Made by a program: the position numbers and the translations under genes | Shown: positions 1-9,089 of the stretch, in pieces | Numbering within the stretch: position 1 is the first letter of the stretch | How the letters are laid out: each line of letters opens with the position of its first letter | Notes under the pieces: model-generated | Database searches by the model: none | Seen by the model: only the letters and a program-made list of their open reading frames with translations | Told to the model about the DNA's origin: nothing | Assembly (NCBI GenBank): GCA_046318155.1 | Contig: JBKCUU010000050.1 | Location: 1-32,737, forward strand | Direction of reading: 5' to 3' | DNA: 32,737 nt | From: Bdellovibrio sp. | GTDB lineage: Bacteria; Bdellovibrionota; Bdellovibrionia; Bdellovibrionales; Bdellovibrionaceae

Positions 1-319
1 AGGGAGACAACTTCGACGGGACTTCAAGACGCTTGATTTCGCAATCATTGGTCAGCAAAAAAATCCAGTCATAGCCACGGTTAATCGCGGCGTGAAAGCC
101 CGCATTGACTCCGCCCGCGTAGCCCTGATTAACGGCTAAAACCTCGTGGTGCACCTCGGTGAACATTTGCTGAAGCAGTTCGAGGTGCTTTTTTTCAGAG
201 CCATTGTGCACAAGAATCACATCCTCTTTTAAAAAGGCGCGGGCGCTTTGCACAGCCCTTGCCGTCAGTTCAGGATGATTGTAACTCAGAACCACAATGC
301 AAAATCTCAAGCCAGACAT
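1..319 (-). CDS. Glycosyltransferase family 2, N-terminal part (runs off the window edge; missing from the ORF track)
   Basis: Manual translation from ATG 319: MSGLRFCIVVLSYNHPELT...VILVHNGS...NQGYAGGVNAG...YDWIFLLTND. These match the GT2 motifs IVV(L/P)xYN, VVDNGS, NxGFAGGxNxG and LLNND. The frame is open to the window edge. Confidence 0.85.
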   Translation of the reverse strand, partial: MSGLRFCIVVLSYNHPELTARAVQSARAFLKEDVILVHNGSEKKHLELLQQMFTEVHHEVLAVNQGYAGGVNAGFHAAINRGYDWIFLLTNDCEIKRLEVPSKLSP

Positions 320-974
320 TCCTCTCTTGCTCATCCCCGCTGCGGGCTTTGGCCGCCGCATGGGGAGCCCCGAGGCCAAAGAGATGCTCCCAGGGCCGGA
401 CGGTCGTCCTCTCATCCAATGGGGTCTTGAGCAAGCATTTTTGCGAGGCTGGCATGTGCATGTGGTCTCACGCAAAGGTAAGCAGGTGCTCGCGGAGTTT
501 TTGCGATCTCAAGCGCAGCCCGAACTGACTTGGAATGAAATTGAATCGTCACTCGAGTGCGCGGACACGTTGTTGCAAAGTGAACTTTTTTGGCGTGAGC
601 GTATGATTGTGCTTTTGCCTGATACGCGATTTGAACCCACCGAAATTTTGGATCAAATGGCCGCCTCACTTTTGGATCATGATTTGGTTTACGCCACGTT
701 CCCTGTACGTGACCCGTCGACTTGGGGAGTGATTCAGCAGAGCGGGAACAGTTGGCAGATTGCCGAGAAGTGTACGCAGGCAGAAGTTGCTGGCGAACAC
801 CAAGCTTGGGGCCTTTTGGGATTTCAACGACATACCGGGAAAAAAGCACTCGAGGCGCATCTTCGAAGTATTTTGGGAGCGGGCCCGCAGAACTTGCCGG
901 TCGTCCCTGGATTATGTTTGCTCAAGAGTTTTCAAGATCTCACCCGCGCCGAAACGGCGCCTGCCGCGCGCTAG
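297..974 (+). CDS. Sugar-phosphate nucleotidyltransferase-like protein (NTP_transferase family)
   Basis: N-terminal LIPAAGFGRRM and AKEMLP motifs, LLPD, and WGVI...IAEK as in RmlA/GalU-type enzymes. An alternative start is TTG 327. Confidence 0.8.
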   Translation: MQNLKPDIPLLLIPAAGFGRRMGSPEAKEMLPGPDGRPLIQWGLEQAFLRGWHVHVVSRKGKQVLAEFLRSQAQPELTWNEIESSLECADTLLQSELFWRERMIVLLPDTRFEPTEILDQMAASLLDHDLVYATFPVRDPSTWGVIQQSGNSWQIAEKCTQAEVAGEHQAWGLLGFQRHTGKKALEAHLRSILGAGPQNLPVVPGLCLLKSFQDLTRAETAPAAR

Positions 975-1036
975 TCCAAACTTGTGTTTGAGAGGGTGCT
1001 CCTTGCCTTCGATAAGCTCAAGTCGAGTTGATTTTG

Positions 1037-1082
1037 TCTCATCTTGAGAAAGAGCTCATCTTTTGTCGAGGCTCGCCGATAA
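1037..1082 (+). promoter_or_regulatory. TCTCA-N3-TGAGA palindrome plus sigma28 (FliA)-type promoter
   Basis: TCTCA tct TGAGA at 1037-1049. TCAT(1056-1059)-N15-GCCGATAA(1075-1082), with a perfect FliA -10 box. Confidence 0.7.
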
Positions 1083-1104
1083 GAAGGCAACAGGGGAGCT
1101 TCTT

Positions 1105-1641
1105 ATGCGCAAGAAGTGGTTTTACATTTGTTCGGGCTTGGCGATGATCGTGTTCTTTCAGAACTGCTCAAAGTCCAATCTTGATTCTCCCTCAGGTAAC
1201 CCTGAAGCAAATACCCCGACAGAGTTTAACAAGTCCTCGGCCGCCGACTTTCCGGTCGTGCAACTATGGGATTACGAAAACGGAAAAACGATGGATCTTG
1301 ATGTGGCGACAGGCCGCATCGCCGTGTTTCTTGATTTTGGCTCTGATCGCGGTCAGGACCTCTGTTTGAGTGATGCCGAAAAAACCGAAATTCAAGGTCT
1401 CATGCAACAAGCCGAAATTTGCGCGCCTGTTCTGCCTGCCGAACAGTTTTTGAATAAGCAGTGTACGATGAGTTACCGCTATCCTTACGCGGTTCTCGTT
1501 GATGGTTCGATTGAAGTTCGCTTAGGTGAAAAAACAAATGGCTGTGATGTTCCGATTGATCTTTGCGGAAGCAAAGCTCAGGATTTGCAGAAATTTGTTG
1601 GACGTATATTACAAAGTGTCGAGCAGCGCGCTTGCAACTAA
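1105..1641 (+). CDS. Cys-rich lipoprotein of unknown function
   Basis: GGGGAG SD before ATG 1105. Signal MRKKWFYICSGLAMIVFFQNC with a lipobox-like FQNC. Six further Cys in the mature part. Confidence 0.75.
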   Translation: MRKKWFYICSGLAMIVFFQNCSKSNLDSPSGNPEANTPTEFNKSSAADFPVVQLWDYENGKTMDLDVATGRIAVFLDFGSDRGQDLCLSDAEKTEIQGLMQQAEICAPVLPAEQFLNKQCTMSYRYPYAVLVDGSIEVRLGEKTNGCDVPIDLCGSKAQDLQKFVGRILQSVEQRACN

Positions 1642-1688
1642 GCGCGCCTTCAATGAGATCAGCGATTCACTTTTAAAATCGATAAAAC

Positions 1689-4451
1689 CTAATTGCTACC
1701 GAGCAGGCTCGAGGCCTTCGCGAAGGCTTGTTTAATCTTGCTGCGATCGGGAGCCGCTCCTTGGGCAAAGTCAGGGCGACCGCCGCCTTTACCGCCCATT
1801 GCTGCAGCCACCTCCTTAAGGATATTGCCAGCAGAAATTTCGGGGTTCAGGTTCTTGGTCACCGAGACGATCACTGGATGCGAGCCCGAGCCTTGGCCGA
1901 CAACGACGATGACGCCGCTGGGGATTTTATTTTTTAGCTGGTCCGTCACCTGAGCAAGCACGTCGCGGTCTTCAACGGCTAAATCCGCCATCACCAACTG
2001 CGCTTGCGCACCTTTGGCACTAAACGTCCTTGCGCCCTGCAAGAGGGTCTCAACACTGATCGAACCGCTCTGAGCTTTGCGAACCTCTTTTTCGAGAGCT
2101 TTGATTTCGTTTTTGGCGCTCTCGATCCAATCACTGGATTCAGCTTTGCTTTCAAGAAATGTCGACCAGGATTCATTAAGGCCAGTTGCGCTCCGCGCGC
2201 GCAAGTTTTCGCTGGCATGCTTCATCAAGTAGTTGAAAGCGCCGTCACTTGTGAGGGCCTCAATCCGGCGAACCCCGGCGCTCACGCCTGTCTCGGATAC
2301 AAGTTTGAACAATCGGATCTGGGCCGTATTGTTCACATGCGTTCCGCCGCAGAGTTCGGTTGAGAAATCACCCATTTTAAGAACGCGAACCTCATCGCCG
2401 TATTTCTCGCCAAACAAAGCCAGTGCCCCCGCTGCGATCGCCTCTTTGTGCTTCATCGTCGTTGCCTGAACCGGCACGGCGTTTGAAACTTCGGCATTCA
2501 CAAGCCGTTCGATCTTGGCGATCTCGTCAGCCGTGAGTGATTTGTTATGGGTAAAATCAAAGCGCAGTTTTTGCGAATCAACTAAAGACCCGGCCTGAGT
2601 GACGTGCGTCCCTAAGACGAGGCGAAGGGCGGCATGCAAAAGATGTGTGGCCGAGTGGTTGCTGGCGGTCAGACGCCTTTCGCTGCTCGAAACCGCAAGG
2701 CTCGCTTTTTCGCCCGACTTGATTTGACCAGACAGGACTTCGACCTGGTGCATGACTATGCTGTTGACCTTGACGGTGTTCAAAACCTTGGCGTGACCCG
2801 AAGTCGTTTTGATATCGCCTTGATCGCCCACCTGTCCGCCGCCTTCGGCGTAAAAGGGTGTCGAATTTGTGACGATGACGCCGGCTTGTCCTACGCTCAA
2901 GGTTGCGGCTTCAGCTGAACCATTTGAGAGTGCGATGATTTCGCCGTTACCGGTGGTGCCATCATAACCGCTAAAGCTTGAAGCCTTGTGCTGGTCCAAA
3001 ACTTTCTGAGCAAGCGCAACCAAATGACCTTCGTCGGTCGACAAGCCCTTCCCCTTCCAAGAGGCTTTTGCTTTTTCGCGGGCCGCCTGCATATGAGTTT
3101 CAAATGAACTTTCATCAACGGTAAAGTTTTTTTCGGCCGCCATCAACTGAGTTAAATCCGAAGGAAAGCCGTAGGTGTCGTAAAGTCTAAACAAGAATTC
3201 GCCCGAGATCTGTTTTTGACCTTGGGATTTGAGTCGTCTCATTTCTTCTTCAAGAATTTGTGTCCCTTGATCTAAAGTTTGCAAGAAACGTGATTCTTCA
3301 TCCTTGAGTATCGACAAAATCAAATCTTTGCGAGCTTTGAGCTCAGGGTACACCGAACCCATCGTCTCGATCAAAACCAGACTCATCTCGGGCAAGAACG
3401 AATGCTTCTCAGAAATTTTACGGCCGTAGCGAATCGCTCGGCGCAAAATCCGCCGCAACACGTACCCGCGGCCTTCATTCGAAGGAAGGGCGCCGTCTGC
3501 AATTAAAAATGATCCCGAGCGCGTGTGATCGGCCAAAACTCGCAAGGCCGCCAGGTCTTCTTGCACCTGCGCCGCCCGGTGACCATCGATCTCGGCTTTG
3601 CTGCGATCATCGCGAGATTTGCTCTCGAGCTCCAAAAGCTTTTGAATGTTCCAGCCGCCAAGTTGGCAAGCCTTCTCGATCATCGGCATAAAAAGATCAG
3701 TATCATAATTGTTCATCTTGCCTTGAAGCGCGGCGGTCACGCGTTCAAGCCCCGACCCCGTGTCGACAGAGGGCTTGGGGAGAGGATCCATCACGCCTGG
3801 AGATTTTTCGAAAAACTGCATGAAGACCAAATTCCAAATCTCAACAAAACGGTCTTCACCAGCTTTGATGCCTTCAAAGGGATCGGCAATGCGCCCGGCT
3901 TTGGGGCCGTGGTCGTAAAAAATTTCGGTGCAAGGACCGCAGGGACCGGTATCGCCCATGCGCCAGAAATTGTCTTTTTCTCCCAGGCGAAAAATGCGCT
4001 CGCGAGGCACGCCCTCTTGTTTGTGCCAAATGTCCGCGGCCTCATCATCCGTTTCAAAAACAGTGACGTAGAGTTTTTCTTTTGGAATGGCGAGATCTTT
4101 GGTCAAAAGCTCCCACGCAAAGTGAATCGCTTCTTTTTTGAAGTAATCACCGAACGAGAAATTTCCGAGCATTTCAAAAAAAGTGTGGTGACGAGCTGTG
4201 AAGCCGACGTTTTCAAGATCGTTGTGCTTTCCGCCGGCGCGCACACATTTTTGCACGCTGACGGCGCGTTTGAAATCGCGTTGCTCCAGACCCAAGAATA
4301 AATTTTTAAACTGATTCATGCCCGCATTGGCAAACATGAGGCTGGGATCATTCTCAGGAATGAGTGAGGAGCTGCTCACGATTGCGTGACCATTGCGTTT
4401 GAAGTAATCGATGAATTTGTTGCGAACTTCGAAGTGAGTCATCTTTTGCAT
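1689..4451 (-). CDS. alaS: Alanine--tRNA ligase
   Basis: Motifs FANAGMNQFK, RHHTFFEMLGNFSFGDYFK, editing NHSATHLLH/ELCGGTH and C-terminal GGKGGG. GAGGA SD before ATG 4451. Confidence 0.98.
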   Translation of the reverse strand: MQKMTHFEVRNKFIDYFKRNGHAIVSSSSLIPENDPSLMFANAGMNQFKNLFLGLEQRDFKRAVSVQKCVRAGGKHNDLENVGFTARHHTFFEMLGNFSFGDYFKKEAIHFAWELLTKDLAIPKEKLYVTVFETDDEAADIWHKQEGVPRERIFRLGEKDNFWRMGDTGPCGPCTEIFYDHGPKAGRIADPFEGIKAGEDRFVEIWNLVFMQFFEKSPGVMDPLPKPSVDTGSGLERVTAALQGKMNNYDTDLFMPMIEKACQLGGWNIQKLLELESKSRDDRSKAEIDGHRAAQVQEDLAALRVLADHTRSGSFLIADGALPSNEGRGYVLRRILRRAIRYGRKISEKHSFLPEMSLVLIETMGSVYPELKARKDLILSILKDEESRFLQTLDQGTQILEEEMRRLKSQGQKQISGEFLFRLYDTYGFPSDLTQLMAAEKNFTVDESSFETHMQAAREKAKASWKGKGLSTDEGHLVALAQKVLDQHKASSFSGYDGTTGNGEIIALSNGSAEAATLSVGQAGVIVTNSTPFYAEGGGQVGDQGDIKTTSGHAKVLNTVKVNSIVMHQVEVLSGQIKSGEKASLAVSSSERRLTASNHSATHLLHAALRLVLGTHVTQAGSLVDSQKLRFDFTHNKSLTADEIAKIERLVNAEVSNAVPVQATTMKHKEAIAAGALALFGEKYGDEVRVLKMGDFSTELCGGTHVNNTAQIRLFKLVSETGVSAGVRRIEALTSDGAFNYLMKHASENLRARSATGLNESWSTFLESKAESSDWIESAKNEIKALEKEVRKAQSGSISVETLLQGARTFSAKGAQAQLVMADLAVEDRDVLAQVTDQLKNKIPSGVIVVVGQGSGSHPVIVSVTKNLNPEISAGNILKEVAAAMGGKGGGRPDFAQGAAPDRSKIKQAFAKASSLLGSN

Positions 4452-4557
4452 AAGGTCCTCTTTATTCAAGTCTAGGAGCAAGGGCTTCGACGGTGTCCGG
4501 GACCGTTTTAGTCTGGTGACGCGCCAAGGGCAAGTGGCCTGCTGCGGTAAGCGAGAT

Positions 4558-5994
4558 TTACCGCTGAGTGCCGTTGCGAGTGGGCGGTGGGCGAGGAGTC
4601 GCAGGAGTACTGGGTCTTGCGACGGGCAGGGGCGGAGACAGTCGGCCGCCATCGAGTTCTTTCATGCAGGTTTGTTTTTTGGTCGGGTTGCGTTCTTGGC
4701 AACAAGCTTTGGCTTCGTCCGCGCGCAAGTTAAACATTTGGTAGTTCTTAGCCATCGTGGGCAGTTCGGCGTGGGGATTGGCATTTGCCATTCCGCGAAC
4801 AACGGATTCAAGCCGTGCCGCTTCGATGGTCGCAACCACTTGAGAAGACATCGGTGTAAATGAGCCATTGATCAAATTGACGGATGTCAGCTGAGCGCCG
4901 GCATTGGTATCTCGAAAATTAAAAAGAAAGCGGCCCGGCACCAGCGTTGTGGGGCGGTTGTTGATTTGAAAGGTGTCAGGCATGGGGCGGCCTGAGCGCT
5001 CGGCGTTGGCTAAGCTTTGGCGCCAGCTGACATACGCGGGGCTGTCTTCGGCTTTTGAGGGGCTTGACATCGCCTCGAGGTAATTTCCAAGAGGCGAGAG
5101 CTTCACGTCGAAGACGGTTTTCTTGCCGTCATGTTCAGTTATGAATTTAAAGCCCGAGTCCCCATCGCAAGCCAGACCGACGATTTGAGTTTTTGCCCGA
5201 AGACGAGCCGTGTAGGGCTCCATAAGACGTTGATAATAATCGCGAAGCTCAGGGTGTTCGCAGAGAAGCTTGCGGCGCTTGGCCTCGGGGAGTTGCAAGA
5301 ATTCGATGTTCTTCTTTGAGAGCACCATGTTGTGAGCTCCATAGTAGGGGGCGCACCACCAGCCTAAATCCTTTTGGCGATCAACGGCCGTCTGCCGGCG
5401 CGCGCGCGCCGTTTCTTCACGAGCGCGCTCGGCTTGGGCACGCTGAGCCGCGGTTTGCCGGCGGCGGGAGGCGGGAGTTTCTTCTCCGTCGTCCCCGTTT
5501 TCATCCTCGGGAGCTGGGCGTTCGTATTCTTCTTCGTGGACTTGATGATCGAGTTGATTGGTCATGTACTTTTGGTAGGGCTGTTCGCAGCGAATGCCCG
5601 CCTGAGTCAAGCGGTTGCGTCCCAGTTTTTGAGCGGGAGTTTCTTCTTCCATGTAACCTTCACGGGCCGTCAGCCCGCTGGTCACGCCGCCCGTGATCCC
5701 AAGCACGCGGCCTAGCCCCAACAAGAACGGCAAGAAGGTCAGTGCCTCGGAGGCGCTAAACTTCACGCAATCGGCTTCAATCAGCGAGCCGCTCAAGCAA
5801 ACGCCGCCTTTCAGCTCATTGTAAAACTCATCCATGAAAGCGAGATCACAAGTGGCTGAGCGCGAGCTCAAAGTGGGTTCGATATTCGCGCTCTCGGCCG
5901 GGGTGTTTTTTTTTGCGAAGGCGGGAGAGGCCGGAATCAGGGTGATAACGACAAAGAACAAGAATGTAACAGAATGAGATAGCTGCTTGATCAA
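4558..5994 (-). CDS. Secreted hypothetical protein, 478 aa
   Basis: TTG start after a GGGGGA SD. Signal peptide ending in AFA, several Cys, a hydrophobic Gly-rich segment, an acidic/Arg-rich insert and a Pro-rich tail. Confidence 0.75.
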   Translation of the reverse strand: MIKQLSHSVTFLFFVVITLIPASPAFAKKNTPAESANIEPTLSSRSATCDLAFMDEFYNELKGGVCLSGSLIEADCVKFSASEALTFLPFLLGLGRVLGITGGVTSGLTAREGYMEEETPAQKLGRNRLTQAGIRCEQPYQKYMTNQLDHQVHEEEYERPAPEDENGDDGEETPASRRRQTAAQRAQAERAREETARARRQTAVDRQKDLGWWCAPYYGAHNMVLSKKNIEFLQLPEAKRRKLLCEHPELRDYYQRLMEPYTARLRAKTQIVGLACDGDSGFKFITEHDGKKTVFDVKLSPLGNYLEAMSSPSKAEDSPAYVSWRQSLANAERSGRPMPDTFQINNRPTTLVPGRFLFNFRDTNAGAQLTSVNLINGSFTPMSSQVVATIEAARLESVVRGMANANPHAELPTMAKNYQMFNLRADEAKACCQERNPTKKQTCMKELDGGRLSPPLPVARPSTPATPRPPPTRNGTQR

Positions 5995-6207
5995 GGGTCC
6001 CCCACCGCTTTCTTACAAAAAAGCGGCCACGGCTGGCGAAGGCTCAGCGTTCTCTTCAAGTTTGTCACAGTGTTGGAAAAACGTCATGTGTCGAGAGGGG
6101 CCTCGACAGTCTAGTTTTCTCAGAATGAGATTTGGAGCATTGGGGCCGCTTTGGACTTTAGGAGGGCGGCCCGTGATTGGCACGGGCTCGGCGAGGTGAA
6201 TTGTGTT

Positions 6208-7917
6208 CTATTTTTTAAACATCGATTTGCAAAAAGGTGCGCGCTCGGCACCCACGAGGATGGTGATTTCGCGTCCTTGATCACTCAAGTTCACTTTGCC
6301 GTTACCCGACATGGGCAGTCCACGGCCCCACGGTGTCTCGGTGACCAAAATCTTGCCTGGCGAAACATCACTGATGACTCGCATGTCGACGATCACATCA
6401 TTCATGTAGGACAAAGGCATGTACTCTTGAACGATATACATCCCGGGGTCGCGTTGAATGCGTTGGCGCAGAGCTGGGAGCTCCGCCGCCGTCATTTTGG
6501 GTCCGACCCAAACCGAGTCGCCGCCGCGGCCGTCCACTTTTTTGACCACGTACTTTGAAAGATTCGAGAAAATCTTTTGAAACAAGACTTCATTAAGCCC
6601 GCCGCTGCGAGGGTCTGCAAAACGCTCGGTCGTTATATTTTTTAGAATCGGTTCTTCGCGTAAGTAATAGCGAATCATGTCTTCGACAAAAGTATAAAAC
6701 TCTTTGTCGCCAATAAAATCGAGTCCCGGTGCATAGTTCGATCCCACACGGCGCTCAAGAATGGCTTTGATCAAGCCATGGCCGCCGGGTGATTGCGCCA
6801 CTGCCGAGCGAAGTGAGTTGGAGTAGTCCGAGCGGTCAAGCAAGTTGTGCACATCAACCATGCGGACGCTATCGGGCTTGGTTTGCAAGCGTTCGAGCAT
6901 TTCTGTCATTTGGGCGGCGACCTTGGGGTTGAGTTTGGGATCCTCAAGATGCGATTCAAGTTCTATCACAGCTTGCTTGAGTTTGGATTCACGGTGCGAA
7001 GGATCCAGCCACCAATGTTCGCCAATCATGGCAACAAATCCGACTTTTTCGAGCGGCTGTGAGGCATCACGAACGTTTTCTATATAGACGCCGTCGTTTT
7101 GGACTTTAAGACGGCGGTTCGTTTTGTTGGTGACTGTCTCGATGCCGTAATCGCGAAAGATTTTTTGAATTCGAAAATCTTCTTTGTCGGCATAAGGCGG
7201 AGTCATATACACCACGGCCTTGCCGCCCTTAAGCGCGGCTTCGGCCTTGTATTTCGTGGCAAGATCTTTGTAAAACTCTTCGGGGCTTCGGTACGGAGCT
7301 ATTTGCGGATTTTTGGCATAGAGCTTGAGCGTTTCTTGGTAAGCCAAACGCAAATCACCAAGACCGCCGATAAAGCCTGGATTGTCTTCGATGACGCGAA
7401 AAGTCCCGCGCGCATCACGAATGATATCCGGGCCGTAGAGAAATGCAATGTGATCGGGTTTGACGAGTTTGTCATAGCCGAGTTCATAGTTGCGTCCGAT
7501 GATGCGCTCAAGAACATCCGCTGGGACAAGGTTCGCGCGCAGATAACTTCTTTGTCCTGAATAGTGATCTTGCAAAAAAGCGCGTAAGGCTTTGGCCCGC
7601 TGTTCGACGCCGGGCTTGACCACTTGATCATATTCCGCGCCGGTTAAAATTCGCGGTAAAGAATCTAAAGCATTGTCGCCGCTAAAGGCTTGGCGGCTTG
7701 TCACTAAATACTGCTCGCGCTGCTGGGGGCTCAGGCGTGACCACATTTGATGCAGCTCTCGGTACTGCGGCCGAACTTGGCCGCGTTCGTCATGCAATTC
7801 GTTGTAACCAGCAGGGGCCTGCGTTGCTTTTCGAGCCGCCGTCTCTGCATTGGCAAAGCTGGCGACCAAAAAACTTAGAATCAAAATCGAATTCGAAAGC
7901 GGTCTGGCCCAAGTCAT
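6208..7917 (-). CDS. Circularly permuted (type 2) ATP-grasp protein with an N-terminal signal peptide
   Basis: YNELHDERGQVRPQY, GVEQRAKALRAFLQDHY, PDIIRDARGTFRVIEDN, YVVKKVDGRGGDSVWVGP, YIVQE, VDMR and KVNLSDQG match DUF404/DUF407-type motifs. GGGAG SD present. Confidence 0.85.
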   Translation of the reverse strand: MTWARPLSNSILILSFLVASFANAETAARKATQAPAGYNELHDERGQVRPQYRELHQMWSRLSPQQREQYLVTSRQAFSGDNALDSLPRILTGAEYDQVVKPGVEQRAKALRAFLQDHYSGQRSYLRANLVPADVLERIIGRNYELGYDKLVKPDHIAFLYGPDIIRDARGTFRVIEDNPGFIGGLGDLRLAYQETLKLYAKNPQIAPYRSPEEFYKDLATKYKAEAALKGGKAVVYMTPPYADKEDFRIQKIFRDYGIETVTNKTNRRLKVQNDGVYIENVRDASQPLEKVGFVAMIGEHWWLDPSHRESKLKQAVIELESHLEDPKLNPKVAAQMTEMLERLQTKPDSVRMVDVHNLLDRSDYSNSLRSAVAQSPGGHGLIKAILERRVGSNYAPGLDFIGDKEFYTFVEDMIRYYLREEPILKNITTERFADPRSGGLNEVLFQKIFSNLSKYVVKKVDGRGGDSVWVGPKMTAAELPALRQRIQRDPGMYIVQEYMPLSYMNDVIVDMRVISDVSPGKILVTETPWGRGLPMSGNGKVNLSDQGREITILVGAERAPFCKSMFKK

Positions 7918-8048
7918 GAGTCTCTCCCTGATCGTAGCGGATTCATTGCCAAACGCGGTTCAGCGCTCATCACCTGTCTAAAGGTTAACCAGTGAATTCG
8001 CGCCTTCGTGGTTTTAAGCCATGGCGATCCGTCCTGCTGTTTTAAAAG

Positions 8049-8065
8049 AGCAAGGCTTGCGCCGG
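8049..8065 (-). promoter_or_regulatory. Sigma54 -24/-12 promoter candidate for the ATP-grasp gene
   Basis: Minus strand reads CCGGCGCAAGCCTTGCT = GG-N10-GC with TTGCT. Confidence 0.55.
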
Positions 8066-8112
8066 GCTTTTGCTTGCCTCGCGGATCAGGCCCAGCCTAA
8101 GATGGCGCTGCG

Positions 8113-8598
8113 ATGACAAAATTTTTAGTCGGACTAGCGACATTGTTTGGTGTGGGAAAACTTCCGAAGGCCCCAGGAACCTGGGGCACTCTTGCCACCT
8201 TTCCCATCGGAATTTTACTGATGTGGTTAGGTCCTTTTTGGCACATGGGTGTTTGCGTTTTTTTGCTGCCCGTTTCGATTTTGGCGGCCGAGGCTTATGG
8301 ACGGTTTCATGAGTCGCATGACGCTTCTGAAATTGTCATCGACGAAGTGATTGGATTTTTAGTGACGCTGGCGTGGTTGCCTCTGACGTGGCAAACGCTG
8401 TTTCTTGGTTTTGTGATCTTTCGCTTGCTCGATATCTTTAAGCCCTTTCCGATCTCGTATCTGGATCGCAATGTGCGCGGCGGCGTGGGCGTCATCGTTG
8501 ATGACGTTCTGGCCGGCGTCATTGCGAATCTCGTTTTGCAAATCATCTACAGCAAAACCAGTTGGCTGGGGGTGCAGATGATCGGAGGACTTTCGTGA
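8113..8598 (+). CDS. pgpA: Phosphatidylglycerophosphatase A
   Basis: APGTWGT, HDASEIVIDEVIG, FRLLDIFKP and GVIVDDVLAG motifs. Confidence 0.95.
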   Translation: MTKFLVGLATLFGVGKLPKAPGTWGTLATFPIGILLMWLGPFWHMGVCVFLLPVSILAAEAYGRFHESHDASEIVIDEVIGFLVTLAWLPLTWQTLFLGFVIFRLLDIFKPFPISYLDRNVRGGVGVIVDDVLAGVIANLVLQIIYSKTSWLGVQMIGGLS

Positions 8599-9089
8599 AA
8601 ACCGAATTGCGATTGCAAATCGAAAAGCTGGTGAGTGAACTGCGCCGCCGTCGCTTGTCTCTGGGATTTGGCGAGTCGTGCACGGGTGGCCTACTGAGCG
8701 GCACGGTCGCGGGGATTGCTGGTGTGTCCGATGTCTTTATGGGCTCTGTCGTCAGTTACTCTTATAACGCCAAGGTCGATTTGCTCGGCGTCTCTTGGGA
8801 CACGCTCAACAATCAGGGCGCCGTCAGTGAGGACGTCGCTCGTCAGATGTCGCGCGGCGTGTGCGAGCGGCTCAAGGTCAATTGCTCAGCTGCGATCACG
8901 GGCGTTGCGGGTCCGAGTGGTGGAACACCTGATAAGCCTGTCGGCACCGTGTGGTTTGCCGTTCGTGGACCGCGATTTGAAAGCGCCGAGAAGAAGGTGT
9001 TTTCGGGAGATCGCGAAGCCATTCAAATGCAGTCCGTTGAATTCGCAGTGGGATTTCTGCTTCGTGAACTTTCGAAAACAGATTCTTAG
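8595..9089 (+). CDS. cinA: CinA C-terminal domain protein / NMN deamidase (PncC-like)
   Basis: ESCTGG, YSYNAK, GAVSE and TGVAGPSGG..KPVGTV motifs. GTG start overlaps the pgpA stop (GTGA) after a GGAGGA SD. Confidence 0.92.
   Translation: MKTELRLQIEKLVSELRRRRLSLGFGESCTGGLLSGTVAGIAGVSDVFMGSVVSYSYNAKVDLLGVSWDTLNNQGAVSEDVARQMSRGVCERLKVNCSAAITGVAGPSGGTPDKPVGTVWFAVRGPRFESAEKKVFSGDREAIQMQSVEFAVGFLLRELSKTDS

Noticed and set aside
3525..4301. Long antisense ORFs (also 25953-26666, 23453-24061 and others)
   Set aside because: Shadow frames of well-supported genes, with no recognisable motifs.
4452..4652. 67-aa N-terminal extension of alaS in the ORF track
   Set aside because: It overlaps the upstream gene. 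There is a good SD at ATG 4451, where AlaRS homology begins.
8014..8022. Mini-ORF ATG-GCT-TAA on the minus strand after the sigma54 site
   Set aside because: Too short to distinguish from chance.
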